Assembly: GCF_000284115.1 (NCBI RefSeq)
Contig: NC_017080.1
Span: 3,090,001-3,122,000, forward strand
Source of the DNA: Phycisphaera mikurensis NBRC 102666
GTDB taxonomy: Bacteria > Planctomycetota > Phycisphaerae > Phycisphaerales > Phycisphaeraceae
Direction of reading: 5' to 3'
DNA length: 32,000 nt
This document shows positions 8,882 through 16,658 of this stretch, piece by piece. Position 1 is the stretch's first letter. Each line of letters begins with the position of its first letter. The position numbers and the translations under genes are program-made. The notes below the pieces were generated by a model. It did no database searches, was not told where the DNA came from, and saw only the letters and a list, made by a program, of their open reading frames with translations.

Positions 8882-9922
8882 TCAGGCGAGCTTCGGATCG
8901 TGCGGCACTTCCTTGGCCGGCTCGTTCATCCCGCCGGGCATCCGCTCGGCCGGCGGCAGATTGATCTTCTTCGCCAGGCCGACCCATCCGAGCACCTTGA
9001 TGGTGCAGTAGGTGATGTCGAACTCGAACCAGCGGAGTCCGTGCGCGGCCGATCGTGGGTTGGCGTGGTGGTTGTTGTGCCAGCCCTCCCCGAAGGAGAA
9101 CAGCGCGAGCCACCACAGGTTGGTGCTGCGGTCGCCGGTGTCCTTGTAGTTCTGGTAGCCCCAGGTGTGGCCGGCGGAGTTCACGAACCAGGTCAGGTGG
9201 AAGAACAGGACGGTGCGGACAGCGACGGCCCAGACCACCCACGAGGTCCCCACGACCCAGCCCGCCTTCTCGCTGAAGCCCAGGGCCGCGAAGGCCCACC
9301 CGCCGGCGAACAGGAGCACCATCAGGCCCACGATGGGGAGCCAGGAGTACTTCTCCAGGAAGCGGAGGCCGCGGTCCTTCATGAGGTCGGTCGCCGCCTG
9401 CGTGCGGTGCACGCCGTGGTGGTAGCGGTGCACGAACCAGAGCACGTGGGCCCAGGTGAATCCGTGCTCGGGAGAGTGCGGGTCGTGCTCGGTGTCGGAG
9501 TGCTGGTGGTGCAGCCGGTGGGTCCCGACCCAGCCGATCGGGCCGCCCTGCCAGGCGAGGCAGCCGCAGGTGGCGAGCACATACTCGAACCACTTGGGGG
9601 TCTTGAAGCTGCGGTGCGAGAGCAGCCGGTGGTAGCACAGCGTGATGCCCAGGCAACTCGCCACGAAGGTCATGATCCCCGCCATGACCAGGCCGGACCA
9701 GGTGAACAGCAGCGGGATCAGCGCCAGGGCCGCGAATGCGTGCAGCGCGATGGCGCCGCCGACGACGACCCAGTCCAGCTCGGCCCAGTTGATCCGACCC
9801 TTCTTGTGGTTGTGCTCGGAGCCGGGCACCGCCCGCTGAGCGCGGGCTGGGCGGGCCTGGATGTCGTTTCTCTGCGCTGAAGCCCCGCCGGGGGCGGGCT
9901 CCGTGGTGGCGGTCGCGGTCAT
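8882..9922 (-). CDS. Acyl-CoA/fatty acid desaturase
   Basis: Histidine boxes HRLLSHRSF, GTHRLHHQHSDTEHDPHS and EGWHNNHHANPRSAAHG, with multiple TM segments. Start taken at MTATATTEPAPG. Confidence 0.93.
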   Translation of the reverse strand: MTATATTEPAPGGASAQRNDIQARPARAQRAVPGSEHNHKKGRINWAELDWVVVGGAIALHAFAALALIPLLFTWSGLVMAGIMTFVASCLGITLCYHRLLSHRSFKTPKWFEYVLATCGCLAWQGGPIGWVGTHRLHHQHSDTEHDPHSPEHGFTWAHVLWFVHRYHHGVHRTQAATDLMKDRGLRFLEKYSWLPIVGLMVLLFAGGWAFAALGFSEKAGWVVGTSWVVWAVAVRTVLFFHLTWFVNSAGHTWGYQNYKDTGDRSTNLWWLALFSFGEGWHNNHHANPRSAAHGLRWFEFDITYCTIKVLGWVGLAKKINLPPAERMPGGMNEPAKEVPHDPKLA

Positions 9923-10092
9923 GTTGTGTCTCTGGTGGAAGATCCCGTGCGGGACGAGCCCCGGGGCGGGTGCCTGGCTTCGCCGGCTCCCAGGAAGGAG
10001 CGGCGCAGCAGCCATGCTAGGAAGAGAGCCGACGCCCGGACGGGCGATCGGTCCAAAAACCGGCGGGGAGGCAAAAAAGCGGAGAACGGTGT

Positions 10093-10488
10093 TCAGCCGC
10101 CGAGCATCTTGGTGAGTTGGTCGAGGTCCGGGCCGTCTCCCTCCCCGCCGGGTCCACCGGCGTCCCGGAAGGCTTCCCCGGCCATGGCGACGGCCTTCTG
10201 CTGGGCGTCGTCGACGGCGTCGACGATCATCGCCTCCAGCCGCTCCCGCGAGGCCGCGGCCTGCTCCTCGCCGCCACCCGCCGCCGCGACCAGCATCGCG
10301 GTGTCCAGGTGGAGGCCGACCAGCTTCATCTTCCCGTTCACGGTGGCGCGGACGGCGCCCCCGCCCGCCTCGCCCTCGGCGGTCTTCTTCTCGAGCTCGG
10401 CCTGCATCTGCTCGAACTTCTCCTTGAGGCCGGAGAGGTTGCCGAGCATGCCGGCGAGCGCCTTGAGTTGTTTCGCGTTCTCGAACAT
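10093..10488 (-). CDS. YbaB/EbfC family nucleoid-associated protein
   Basis: MFENAKQLKALAGMLGNLSGLKEKFEQMQAELEKKTAEG...VRATVNGKMKLVGLHLD...EAMIVDAVDDAQQKA is the typical YbaB/EbfC pattern. Confidence 0.9.
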   Translation of the reverse strand: MFENAKQLKALAGMLGNLSGLKEKFEQMQAELEKKTAEGEAGGGAVRATVNGKMKLVGLHLDTAMLVAAAGGGEEQAAASRERLEAMIVDAVDDAQQKAVAMAGEAFRDAGGPGGEGDGPDLDQLTKMLGG

Positions 10489-10605
10489 GCCGGCAGTTTA
10501 GGTGCCGCGCGGAGTCTTCTGATCGCCGCCGCGGGCGGGGCGATCAGGCGAGGGCGTACGACGCTCTCGCGAGCCGCCTGCACCGAGGCCGGCCGTGGCG
10601 GCCTG

Positions 10606-11901
10606 CTAGCTCACCAGCGTGCTCAGCTTGAAGATCGGCAGGATGATCGCCATCGCGATGAAGCCGACGATGCCGCCCATCACCACGATCATGATCGGCT
10701 CGATCATCGAGGTCACGGTCTTGATCGTCTCCTTGAGCTGCTTCGCATAGAAGCTGCTGACCTGCTCGAGAACCTCGCCGAGCTTGCCCGACTCCTCGCC
10801 GGCGGAGATCATCTGGATCACCGGCTTGGGCAGCAGCTCGCCCTTGTGAAGCGGCGTGGTGATCTTCTTGCCCTGCTTGACGCTGTTGTAGACGTTGAGC
10901 CAGAGGCGGCGGAACATGCGGTTGCCGGAGATCTCTCCGGTGATCTGCAGGGTGTCGAGCATCGGCACGCCCGCGTTGATGAGCTCGCCCATCGTGTGCA
11001 GCGACCGGCCGATGTAGAGGCTCTTGAACATCCGCTGGAAGACCGGCACCTTCAGCTTGAGCGCGTCCACCCACCAGCCGCCCTTCTCGGTGCGGGCAAC
11101 GAAGAAGAGGGCCGCGGCGACGCTGAGCATGCCCAGGATCACAGCCCACCACCACACGACCATGAAGTCCGAGAGGTTCATCAGAATGATCGTCGGCATC
11201 GGCATCGCCGACTCCTTGCCCTCGAAGACCGCCGCGAACTTGGGCAGCACGAAGGTGAGCAGGAACATGCTGACCGCCACCGCCATCACCGCGATGATGA
11301 CCGGGTAGACCATCGCCCCGGTGACCATCCGCTTGGTCTCGATCTGCTGCGTCAGGTACGCGGCGATCCGGTCGAGCATGTGGCTGAACTGGCCGGACAT
11401 CTCCGACGCCCGGATCATGTTGATGTACAGCGGGCCGAAGAGCTTCGGGTACTTCTTCAGCGCCTCGGAGAAGGGCTTGCCCGCCTCCACGTCGCCCTTG
11501 ATCGCGAAGAGGATCTTGCGGAACTTGGCGTTCTCGACCTGCTCGGCGATGCCCTCCAGGGCGGCCCGCAGCGAGATGCCCGCCTTCACCATCACGGCGA
11601 GCTGCGTGGTGAAGCCGAGGATGTCGTTCTGGTTGGGGCCGCTGGTGTAATTGAGCGCCTTGAGCTTCGCTCCCCAGTCGGTGCCCTGCTCGGCCACGGG
11701 CGCGAGCGCGATGACCGTGTTGCCGCGGGCCCGCAGGACCTGCGACGCCGCCATGGCGGAGTCGGCCTTCAGGTTGCCGACGGAGACCTCCCCGCCGGCA
11801 TTCTTCATCTGGTAGCGGTAGAGCGGCAAGGGGTTTCGCCTCCGGGCGGTTTCTAGGAGCCGGCCTGCGGCCGTCTCGGCATTCGAGTTCTGGAGGGGCA
11901 A
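10606..11901 (-). CDS. pilC: Type II secretion / type IV pilus inner-membrane protein (GspF/PilC family)
   Basis: FFARQLATMVKAGISLRAALEG-type region (TTQLAVMVKAGISLRAALEGIAEQVEN), MIRASEMSGQFSHMLDRIAAYL, MISAGEESGKLGEVLEQVSSFY, and terminal hydrophobic segments. Exact start uncertain. Confidence 0.92.
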   Translation of the reverse strand: MPLQNSNAETAAGRLLETARRRNPLPLYRYQMKNAGGEVSVGNLKADSAMAASQVLRARGNTVIALAPVAEQGTDWGAKLKALNYTSGPNQNDILGFTTQLAVMVKAGISLRAALEGIAEQVENAKFRKILFAIKGDVEAGKPFSEALKKYPKLFGPLYINMIRASEMSGQFSHMLDRIAAYLTQQIETKRMVTGAMVYPVIIAVMAVAVSMFLLTFVLPKFAAVFEGKESAMPMPTIILMNLSDFMVVWWWAVILGMLSVAAALFFVARTEKGGWWVDALKLKVPVFQRMFKSLYIGRSLHTMGELINAGVPMLDTLQITGEISGNRMFRRLWLNVYNSVKQGKKITTPLHKGELLPKPVIQMISAGEESGKLGEVLEQVSSFYAKQLKETIKTVTSMIEPIMIVVMGGIVGFIAMAIILPIFKLSTLVS

Positions 11902-11970
11902 CGCTGCCCTTCACGGTGTGACGCGGCGGATCCCGAAGAGAGGACACCGCGTCGTCGGCTCGGTCACCGC

Positions 11971-13026
11971 TCAGGCGGCGATCTGACGCTCGAGCTTCTC
12001 GGGGTACGCGGCCTGGGAGAGGGCCGAGTCGCGGTCGATCATTCCGTTGAAGTAGAGCTCCGCGATGGAGTTGTCGAGCGTCTGCATGCCCAGCGGCCGG
12101 TTCGTCTCGATCACGTTGGGGATCTCGTACGTGCGGTTCTCGCGGATCAGGTTCCGGACGGCGGGCGTGCAGAGCATGATCTCGCTGGCGGGCACCATGC
12201 CCGGCTGGTCGAGCCGCTTGAAGAGCGTCTGCGAGATCACCGCCTGCAGCGTGTTCGCCAGCATCGAGCGGATCTGGTTCTGCTGGTCGGCGGGGTACAT
12301 GTCGACGATGCGCTCGACGGTGTGGGAGGCGTTGACCGTGTGCAGCGTCGAGAAGACCAGGTGGCCCGTCTCGGCGGCGGTGATCGCCGCGGCGGTCGTC
12401 TCCAGGTCGCGCATCTCCCCGACGAGGATGATGTCGGGGTCCTGCCGCAGCACGTGCCGCAGCCCGCTGGCGAAGCTGGGGGTGTCCTGCCCGAGCTCGC
12501 GTTGCTCGATCAGGCACCGCTTCGAGGGCAGGACGTACTCGATCGGATCCTCGAGGGTGATGATGTGCTTGTCGTAGCGCTCGTTCATCGCGTCGAGCAT
12601 CGCCGCCAGCGTGGTCGTCTTGCCCGAGCCGGTGTCGCCGGTCACGAGCACGAGGCCGCGGGGCAGGTACGTCAGCCGCGAGACGACCTCGGGCAGGTTG
12701 AGGTTCGGCAGCGCCGGGATCTTGGTCTTGATCGCCCGCAGCGTGATGCCGATGTGGCCGTTTTGCTGGTGGGCGTTGACGCGGAAGCGAGCGAAGTTGG
12801 GCACCTCGTAGGAGAAGTCCGCGTCGCGGATCTTCTCGAACTGCTTGAGCTTCTCGGGGCCGGCCATCGACTTGAGCATCGCCGCCGCGGACTCCGGCGT
12901 GATCACCGGGAAGTCCATGGTGGTCATCACCGTCTGGATCCGGCACTTGGGCGGGTGGCCCGCGACCAGGTGGACGTCGGAGCTGTCCAGCTCCAGGGCG
13001 GTCTTGAGGATGGTGTCCAGCTGCAT
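11971..13026 (-). CDS. pilT: Type IV pilus twitching motility ATPase
   Basis: MQLDTILKTALELDSSDVHLVAGHPP, Walker A GDTGSGKTTT, HIITLEDPIEY, GEMRDLET, AVRNLIRENRTYEI. Start is M at 13026. Confidence 0.95.
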   Translation of the reverse strand: MQLDTILKTALELDSSDVHLVAGHPPKCRIQTVMTTMDFPVITPESAAAMLKSMAGPEKLKQFEKIRDADFSYEVPNFARFRVNAHQQNGHIGITLRAIKTKIPALPNLNLPEVVSRLTYLPRGLVLVTGDTGSGKTTTLAAMLDAMNERYDKHIITLEDPIEYVLPSKRCLIEQRELGQDTPSFASGLRHVLRQDPDIILVGEMRDLETTAAAITAAETGHLVFSTLHTVNASHTVERIVDMYPADQQNQIRSMLANTLQAVISQTLFKRLDQPGMVPASEIMLCTPAVRNLIRENRTYEIPNVIETNRPLGMQTLDNSIAELYFNGMIDRDSALSQAAYPEKLERQIAA

Positions 13027-13131
13027 GGAGGAGGCCTGTGGGGCTCGCGGGGAGGAGCGTGGGGTTCGGGAGTTCCCGGGCGGGGAATCGACAGGCTCTC
13101 CTTCGGCCGGATGTGGGGGCGGCTGAAGCGG

Positions 13132-13177
13132 CCGCGGACCGTCGGGGTTTCGGAACGCGGGAGGCGGCGGTCCGCGG
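13132..13177 (+). repeat. 46-nt hairpin element copy D: CCGCGGACCG-N26-CGGTCCGCGG
   Basis: Arms at 13132-13141 and 13168-13177, extendable to 11 bp. Loop begins tcggggtttcgg. Intergenic between pilT and the flippase-like gene. Confidence 0.8.
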
Positions 13178-13190
13178 CTCGGGGTGGCGC

Positions 13191-13223
13191 CCGCAGCGGC
13201 CGGGGCCGTGCAGGCCGCTGCGG
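13191..13223 (-). terminator. GC hairpin downstream of the flippase-like gene (possible terminator without U-tract)
   Basis: Perfect 11-bp inverted repeat CCGCAGCGGCC / GGCCGCTGCGG with 11-nt loop, 25 nt downstream of the stop at 13248. Confidence 0.45.
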
Positions 13224-13247
13224 TCTTTCGATCGGCGCTCGAGCGGC

Positions 13248-14141
13248 CTAGCCGCGCGGCGTCGCGTGCAGCAGCGACGCCGGGCGGGAGGCCGCGGCGG
13301 CGGCCGCGACCACCAGGGCCTCGACCCCGCGGTCGACGATGGCGGCGGCGGCGACCGCCCCGCCGTCGAGCGGGGTCAACGCCGCGGCCAGGCCGGCGAC
13401 GGCGGCCTCGGAGATCCCCAGGCCGTTGGGCGTCAGCCCCACCAAGCGGCCGAGCAGGCCGCCGGTGGCGAGCAGCAGCGCGTCGGCGAAGCCCAGCGGC
13501 ACCCCCACGACGCCGCAGGCGAGGACCAGGCGCGTAGCGCCGAGGGCGAGGTCGCCGCCGCGGAGCAGCGGCCAGGCCCAGAGCCGGGCGCCGCCGGGAA
13601 CGCGGACCCGGGCGTGGATCCGCGGCAAGGCGGCGCAGGCGATCGAGAGGCCCCCGACCCCCGCGGCGGCCACGGCGATGCGCACGAGGTCGTCGCCGCG
13701 CACCATCAGCAGGCTGCCGGCGGCGACCGCGAAGACCGCCAGCGAGACGGTGAGCACCAGCGACAGGGAGAGCAGCGAAGCCCGCAGGCTCAGGCCGTGC
13801 CGTGCCTTCAGGTAGGCCGCACGCCCCCAGACGCCGGCGCGGGGCAGCGGCAGGAAGTTCAGCAGCGCGCTCACCGCGACCAGGCGGAGCATGAGCCCGC
13901 GCGAGACCGGCGGGTCGTGCGGGAAGAGGTGCATCGCGAGGCCGAGCAGCTCGGCGGCGAGCACGAGCGCGGCCGCGACGGCGAGGGCCGTGCCCGCGAG
14001 GGGCAGAGCGTCGCGCGGGCCGACGCTCCGGGCCGCCTCGACGAGCGGCCCGGCGGCCCACCCGGCCGCGGCGGCGAAGAGCACGGCGGCGAGGAGCCAG
14101 CCCGCGAGTCTCCGGGAGCCGTAGGCGAAGCGACCCCGCAT
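13248..14141 (-). CDS. Lysylphosphatidylglycerol synthase TM region / UPF0104-type flippase-like membrane protein
   Basis: Multi-TM protein with FPHDPPVSRGLMLRLVAVSALLNFLPLPRAGVWGRAAYLKARHGLSL, and GLTPNGLGISEAAVAG near the end, typical of this superfamily. Confidence 0.7.
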   Translation of the reverse strand: MRGRFAYGSRRLAGWLLAAVLFAAAAGWAAGPLVEAARSVGPRDALPLAGTALAVAAALVLAAELLGLAMHLFPHDPPVSRGLMLRLVAVSALLNFLPLPRAGVWGRAAYLKARHGLSLRASLLSLSLVLTVSLAVFAVAAGSLLMVRGDDLVRIAVAAAGVGGLSIACAALPRIHARVRVPGGARLWAWPLLRGGDLALGATRLVLACGVVGVPLGFADALLLATGGLLGRLVGLTPNGLGISEAAVAGLAAALTPLDGGAVAAAAIVDRGVEALVVAAAAAASRPASLLHATPRG

Positions 14142-14150
14142 GCCGGGACG

Positions 14151-14420
14151 CTACCCGCTGCCGTCGGTCCCGGCCCGGCCCGGCGGCACCGGGTCGAAGC
14201 CGCCGGGCCCGCCGAGCGGGTGGCAGCGGGCGAGGCGGCGCAGCGTGAGCCAGCCGCCCCGCCACGGCCCCAGCTCCGCGACCGCCTCCAGCGCATACGC
14301 GCTGCACGTGGGGTGGAAGCGGCAGTGCCCCTGCCCCAGCAGCGGGCGGACCGCCCCGCGGTAGAACAGCACGAGGGCGCGGAGCGTGGCCGAGGCCGCG
14401 GCGTCGAGCCGGCGCTTCAC
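14151..14420 (-). CDS. yidD: Membrane protein insertion efficiency factor YidD
   Basis: [64 protein letters not shown] is the YidD signature. GTG start at 14420 inferred. Confidence 0.95.
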   Translation of the reverse strand: MKRRLDAAASATLRALVLFYRGAVRPLLGQGHCRFHPTCSAYALEAVAELGPWRGGWLTLRRLARCHPLGGPGGFDPVPPGRAGTDGSG

Positions 14421-14446
14421 GGGCCCGGGCTCCGCATTCCCGCCGC

Positions 14447-15460
14447 TCAAAGCCAGCCCGCGGCTTCCGTTGCGGCGTAGGTCAGGATCGCGTCGGCGCC
14501 GGCGCGGCGGATGCCGACCAACGCCTCCAGGTGGGCCTTCCTGCGGTCGAGGTGGCCCGTCGCCGCGGCGGCCTCGAGCATGAGGTACTCGCCGCTGACC
14601 TGGTACGCGGCGACCGGGAGGCGCGTGCGTTCCCGCACCGCGCGGATGACGTCGAGGTAGGGGCCGGCCGGTTTCACCATCAAGAGGTCGGCGCCTTCGG
14701 CCTCGTCCAGCGCCGCCTCGCGCTGCGCCTCGCGCACGTTCGCCGGGTCCATCTGGTAGGTCGCTTTGTCGCCGGGGATGATCCGTCCCGCCGGCGCTGC
14801 GCGGGGGGCCGAGTCCAGCGCCTCGCGGAACGGGCCATAGAAGGCCGAGGCGTACTTCACCGAGTAGGCGAGGATCGCCACGCGGTCGTGCCCGGCCGCG
14901 TCGAGCCCGGCCCGGATCGCGGCGACGCGGCCGTCCATCATGTCGCTCGGCGAAACGACGTCGGCCCCGGCGTCCGCGTGCGCGACGGCCTGCTTCACCA
15001 GCACCGCCACCGTCGCGTCGTTGTCGACCTCGCCGCCGGCGTCGACGACGCCGTCGTGGCCGTCGCTGGAGTAGGGGTCCAGCGCCACGTCGGTGATGAC
15101 GCACAGCGCCGGGTGCGCGGCTTTGAGGGCGGCGACGGCCCGCGGCACCAGCCCCGCCGGGTCGTGCGCCGCCTCGCCGCGGCGGGTCTTCTCCGCCTCG
15201 GGGATCTTCGGGAACACCACGACCTTGTCGACGCCTGCGCCGAGGCAGCGCCCGGACTGCGCGACGAGCCCCCCGAGGCTCCAGCGGGTCTGGCCGGGCA
15301 GCGCGTCCAGCGGCGTGTCGGCGTCGTCGCCGTGCACGAACAGCGGCTGGACGAGGTGCCCCGCCGAGAGCTGCGTCTCGCGGACGGCGGCACGCAGCGC
15401 CGGCGTCCGCCGGACGCGACGCGGGCGGATCGGCAGGTCGAGCTTGGCGGCGTCGGTCAT
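14447..15460 (-). CDS. hemB: Delta-aminolevulinic acid dehydratase (porphobilinogen synthase)
   Basis: [63 protein letters not shown] (Schiff-base Lys), [29 protein letters not shown]. Confidence 0.97.
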   Translation of the reverse strand: MTDAAKLDLPIRPRRVRRTPALRAAVRETQLSAGHLVQPLFVHGDDADTPLDALPGQTRWSLGGLVAQSGRCLGAGVDKVVVFPKIPEAEKTRRGEAAHDPAGLVPRAVAALKAAHPALCVITDVALDPYSSDGHDGVVDAGGEVDNDATVAVLVKQAVAHADAGADVVSPSDMMDGRVAAIRAGLDAAGHDRVAILAYSVKYASAFYGPFREALDSAPRAAPAGRIIPGDKATYQMDPANVREAQREAALDEAEGADLLMVKPAGPYLDVIRAVRERTRLPVAAYQVSGEYLMLEAAAATGHLDRRKAHLEALVGIRRAGADAILTYAATEAAGWL

Positions 15461-15496
15461 GGCCGAAGGTAAGCGGCGGGCTCGGCCGGGGAGTCC

Positions 15497-15531
15497 CCCG
15501 CCGCGGATCCTGCCGCGTGCTCCGCGGCGGG
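15497..15531. promoter_or_regulatory. Perfect 10-bp inverted repeat in the hemB / flippase-like divergent intergenic region
   Basis: CCCGCCGCGG-N15-CCGCGGCGGG between the start codons of two divergent genes. Confidence 0.35.
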
Positions 15532-15554
15532 CGCGGCGCCCGTAGCTTCTCCGC

Positions 15555-16625
15555 TTGCCGCCGCCTCCCGAAGCCACACCGCCCGGGCCCGCCCCGCCGT
15601 CGACGCGGGGCCGCGGCCGCTGGCTGGTTCTCCTGCAGCTCGGCGTCGCGGTCGGCCTGCTCGCGTGGGTGCTGCGGAGCCCCGCGGCCCGCGCCGCCTT
15701 CGCCGCCGGCCTCCGCTCGGCCGAGCCCGCGTGGCTGCTCGCCGGGCTCGGGCTCGGCGGGGTCTGGCTGCTCACGTGCGCCCGCCGCTGGCAGCTGTAC
15801 CTGCGGCTGAACCGCCTGGACCTCCCGCTGCACCGGGTCTTCCGCGTCTACGCGGCCGGGCAGTTCTTCGAGCTGTTCCTGCCCGGCTCGCTCTCCGGCG
15901 ACGCGGTCCGCTGGCTCTACGCGTCGCGGCTGCCCGCCACCGCCACGGCGGAGGCGCAGCGATCCGCCCGCGCCGACGCCGCGCGGGCCCTGCTGATGGA
16001 CCACTTCTCGGGCCTGCTCGCGGCGGCGGCCCTCGCCACCGCGCTGGTCGTCTTCCGATGGCGCTGGTTCGCCCAGAGCCCGGTCGGCATCGCCGGCCTC
16101 GTGTTCCTCCTGGGCTTCTTTGGCTTCTGCGTCGGCGGCCTCGCGTTGACCTGGGTCGCCGACCGCCGGGGGTGGACGCGGCGCCACCTGCCCGCGTGGC
16201 TGCCGGGCCGCGACGCGCTGCTCGGGGCCGCCGCCGCCACCGGACACTTCGTCCGGGCCTGGCGGACCGCGCTCCGCGGCGCCGCCCTCTCCGGCGTCAG
16301 CCTGCTGTCTTATTACCTGGGCTTCTGGTGCGCCGCGCGGGCGTACGCCGCCGACGTCTTGGCCGTCGAGGTCGTTTCGGTGATGCCCGTCGTCGACACC
16401 GTCTCGAGCCTGCCGATCTCGATCGCCGGGCTCGGCGTCCGCGAGACCGTCTTCGAGCGGTTCCTCGGCGACCTCGCGGGCGTGCCCGCCGGCACCGCCG
16501 TGCTCATCTCGCTGACCGGCTTCTCCTTCACGCTGGCCTGGTCGCTCCTCGGCGGCCTGCTCTGGCCGACGCTGGGCCGGCGGGCGAGCAACGCAGAAGC
16601 GGAGCCGAACCCGCGGACCGCGTGA
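15555..16625 (+). CDS. Lysylphosphatidylglycerol synthase TM region / UPF0104-type flippase-like membrane protein (second copy)
   Basis: [43 protein letters not shown]...[39 protein letters not shown] is strongly typical. Exact start uncertain. Confidence 0.85.
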   Translation: MPPPPEATPPGPAPPSTRGRGRWLVLLQLGVAVGLLAWVLRSPAARAAFAAGLRSAEPAWLLAGLGLGGVWLLTCARRWQLYLRLNRLDLPLHRVFRVYAAGQFFELFLPGSLSGDAVRWLYASRLPATATAEAQRSARADAARALLMDHFSGLLAAAALATALVVFRWRWFAQSPVGIAGLVFLLGFFGFCVGGLALTWVADRRGWTRRHLPAWLPGRDALLGAAAATGHFVRAWRTALRGAALSGVSLLSYYLGFWCAARAYAADVLAVEVVSVMPVVDTVSSLPISIAGLGVRETVFERFLGDLAGVPAGTAVLISLTGFSFTLAWSLLGGLLWPTLGRRASNAEAEPNPRTA

Positions 16626-16656
16626 GAGAAACCTCCCGAAGCCCGGCGGTCCGCGG
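16611..16656 (-). repeat. 46-nt hairpin element copy B: CCGCGGACCG-N26-CGGTCCGCGG
   Basis: Core arms at 16611-16620 and 16647-16656, extending to 15-bp perfect arms at 16607-16621 and 16646-16660. Sits across the stop codons of two convergent genes. Confidence 0.8.
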
Positions 16657-16658
16657 GT

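Noticed and set aside
10519-10547. CTGATCGCC-N11-GGCGATCAG inverted repeat downstream of pilC
   Set aside because: Symmetric but short, with no U-tract and no sequence link to the 46-nt family. Not enough to call a terminator.
10544-12946. 800-aa minus-strand ORF across the pil genes
   Set aside because: Wrong-frame shadow of pilT and pilC, whose own frames carry clear motifs.
14151-16247. 698-aa minus-strand ORF
   Set aside because: Only its C-terminal 89 aa (YidD, from the GTG at 14420) is real. The remainder is a shadow of hemB and the flippase-like gene.
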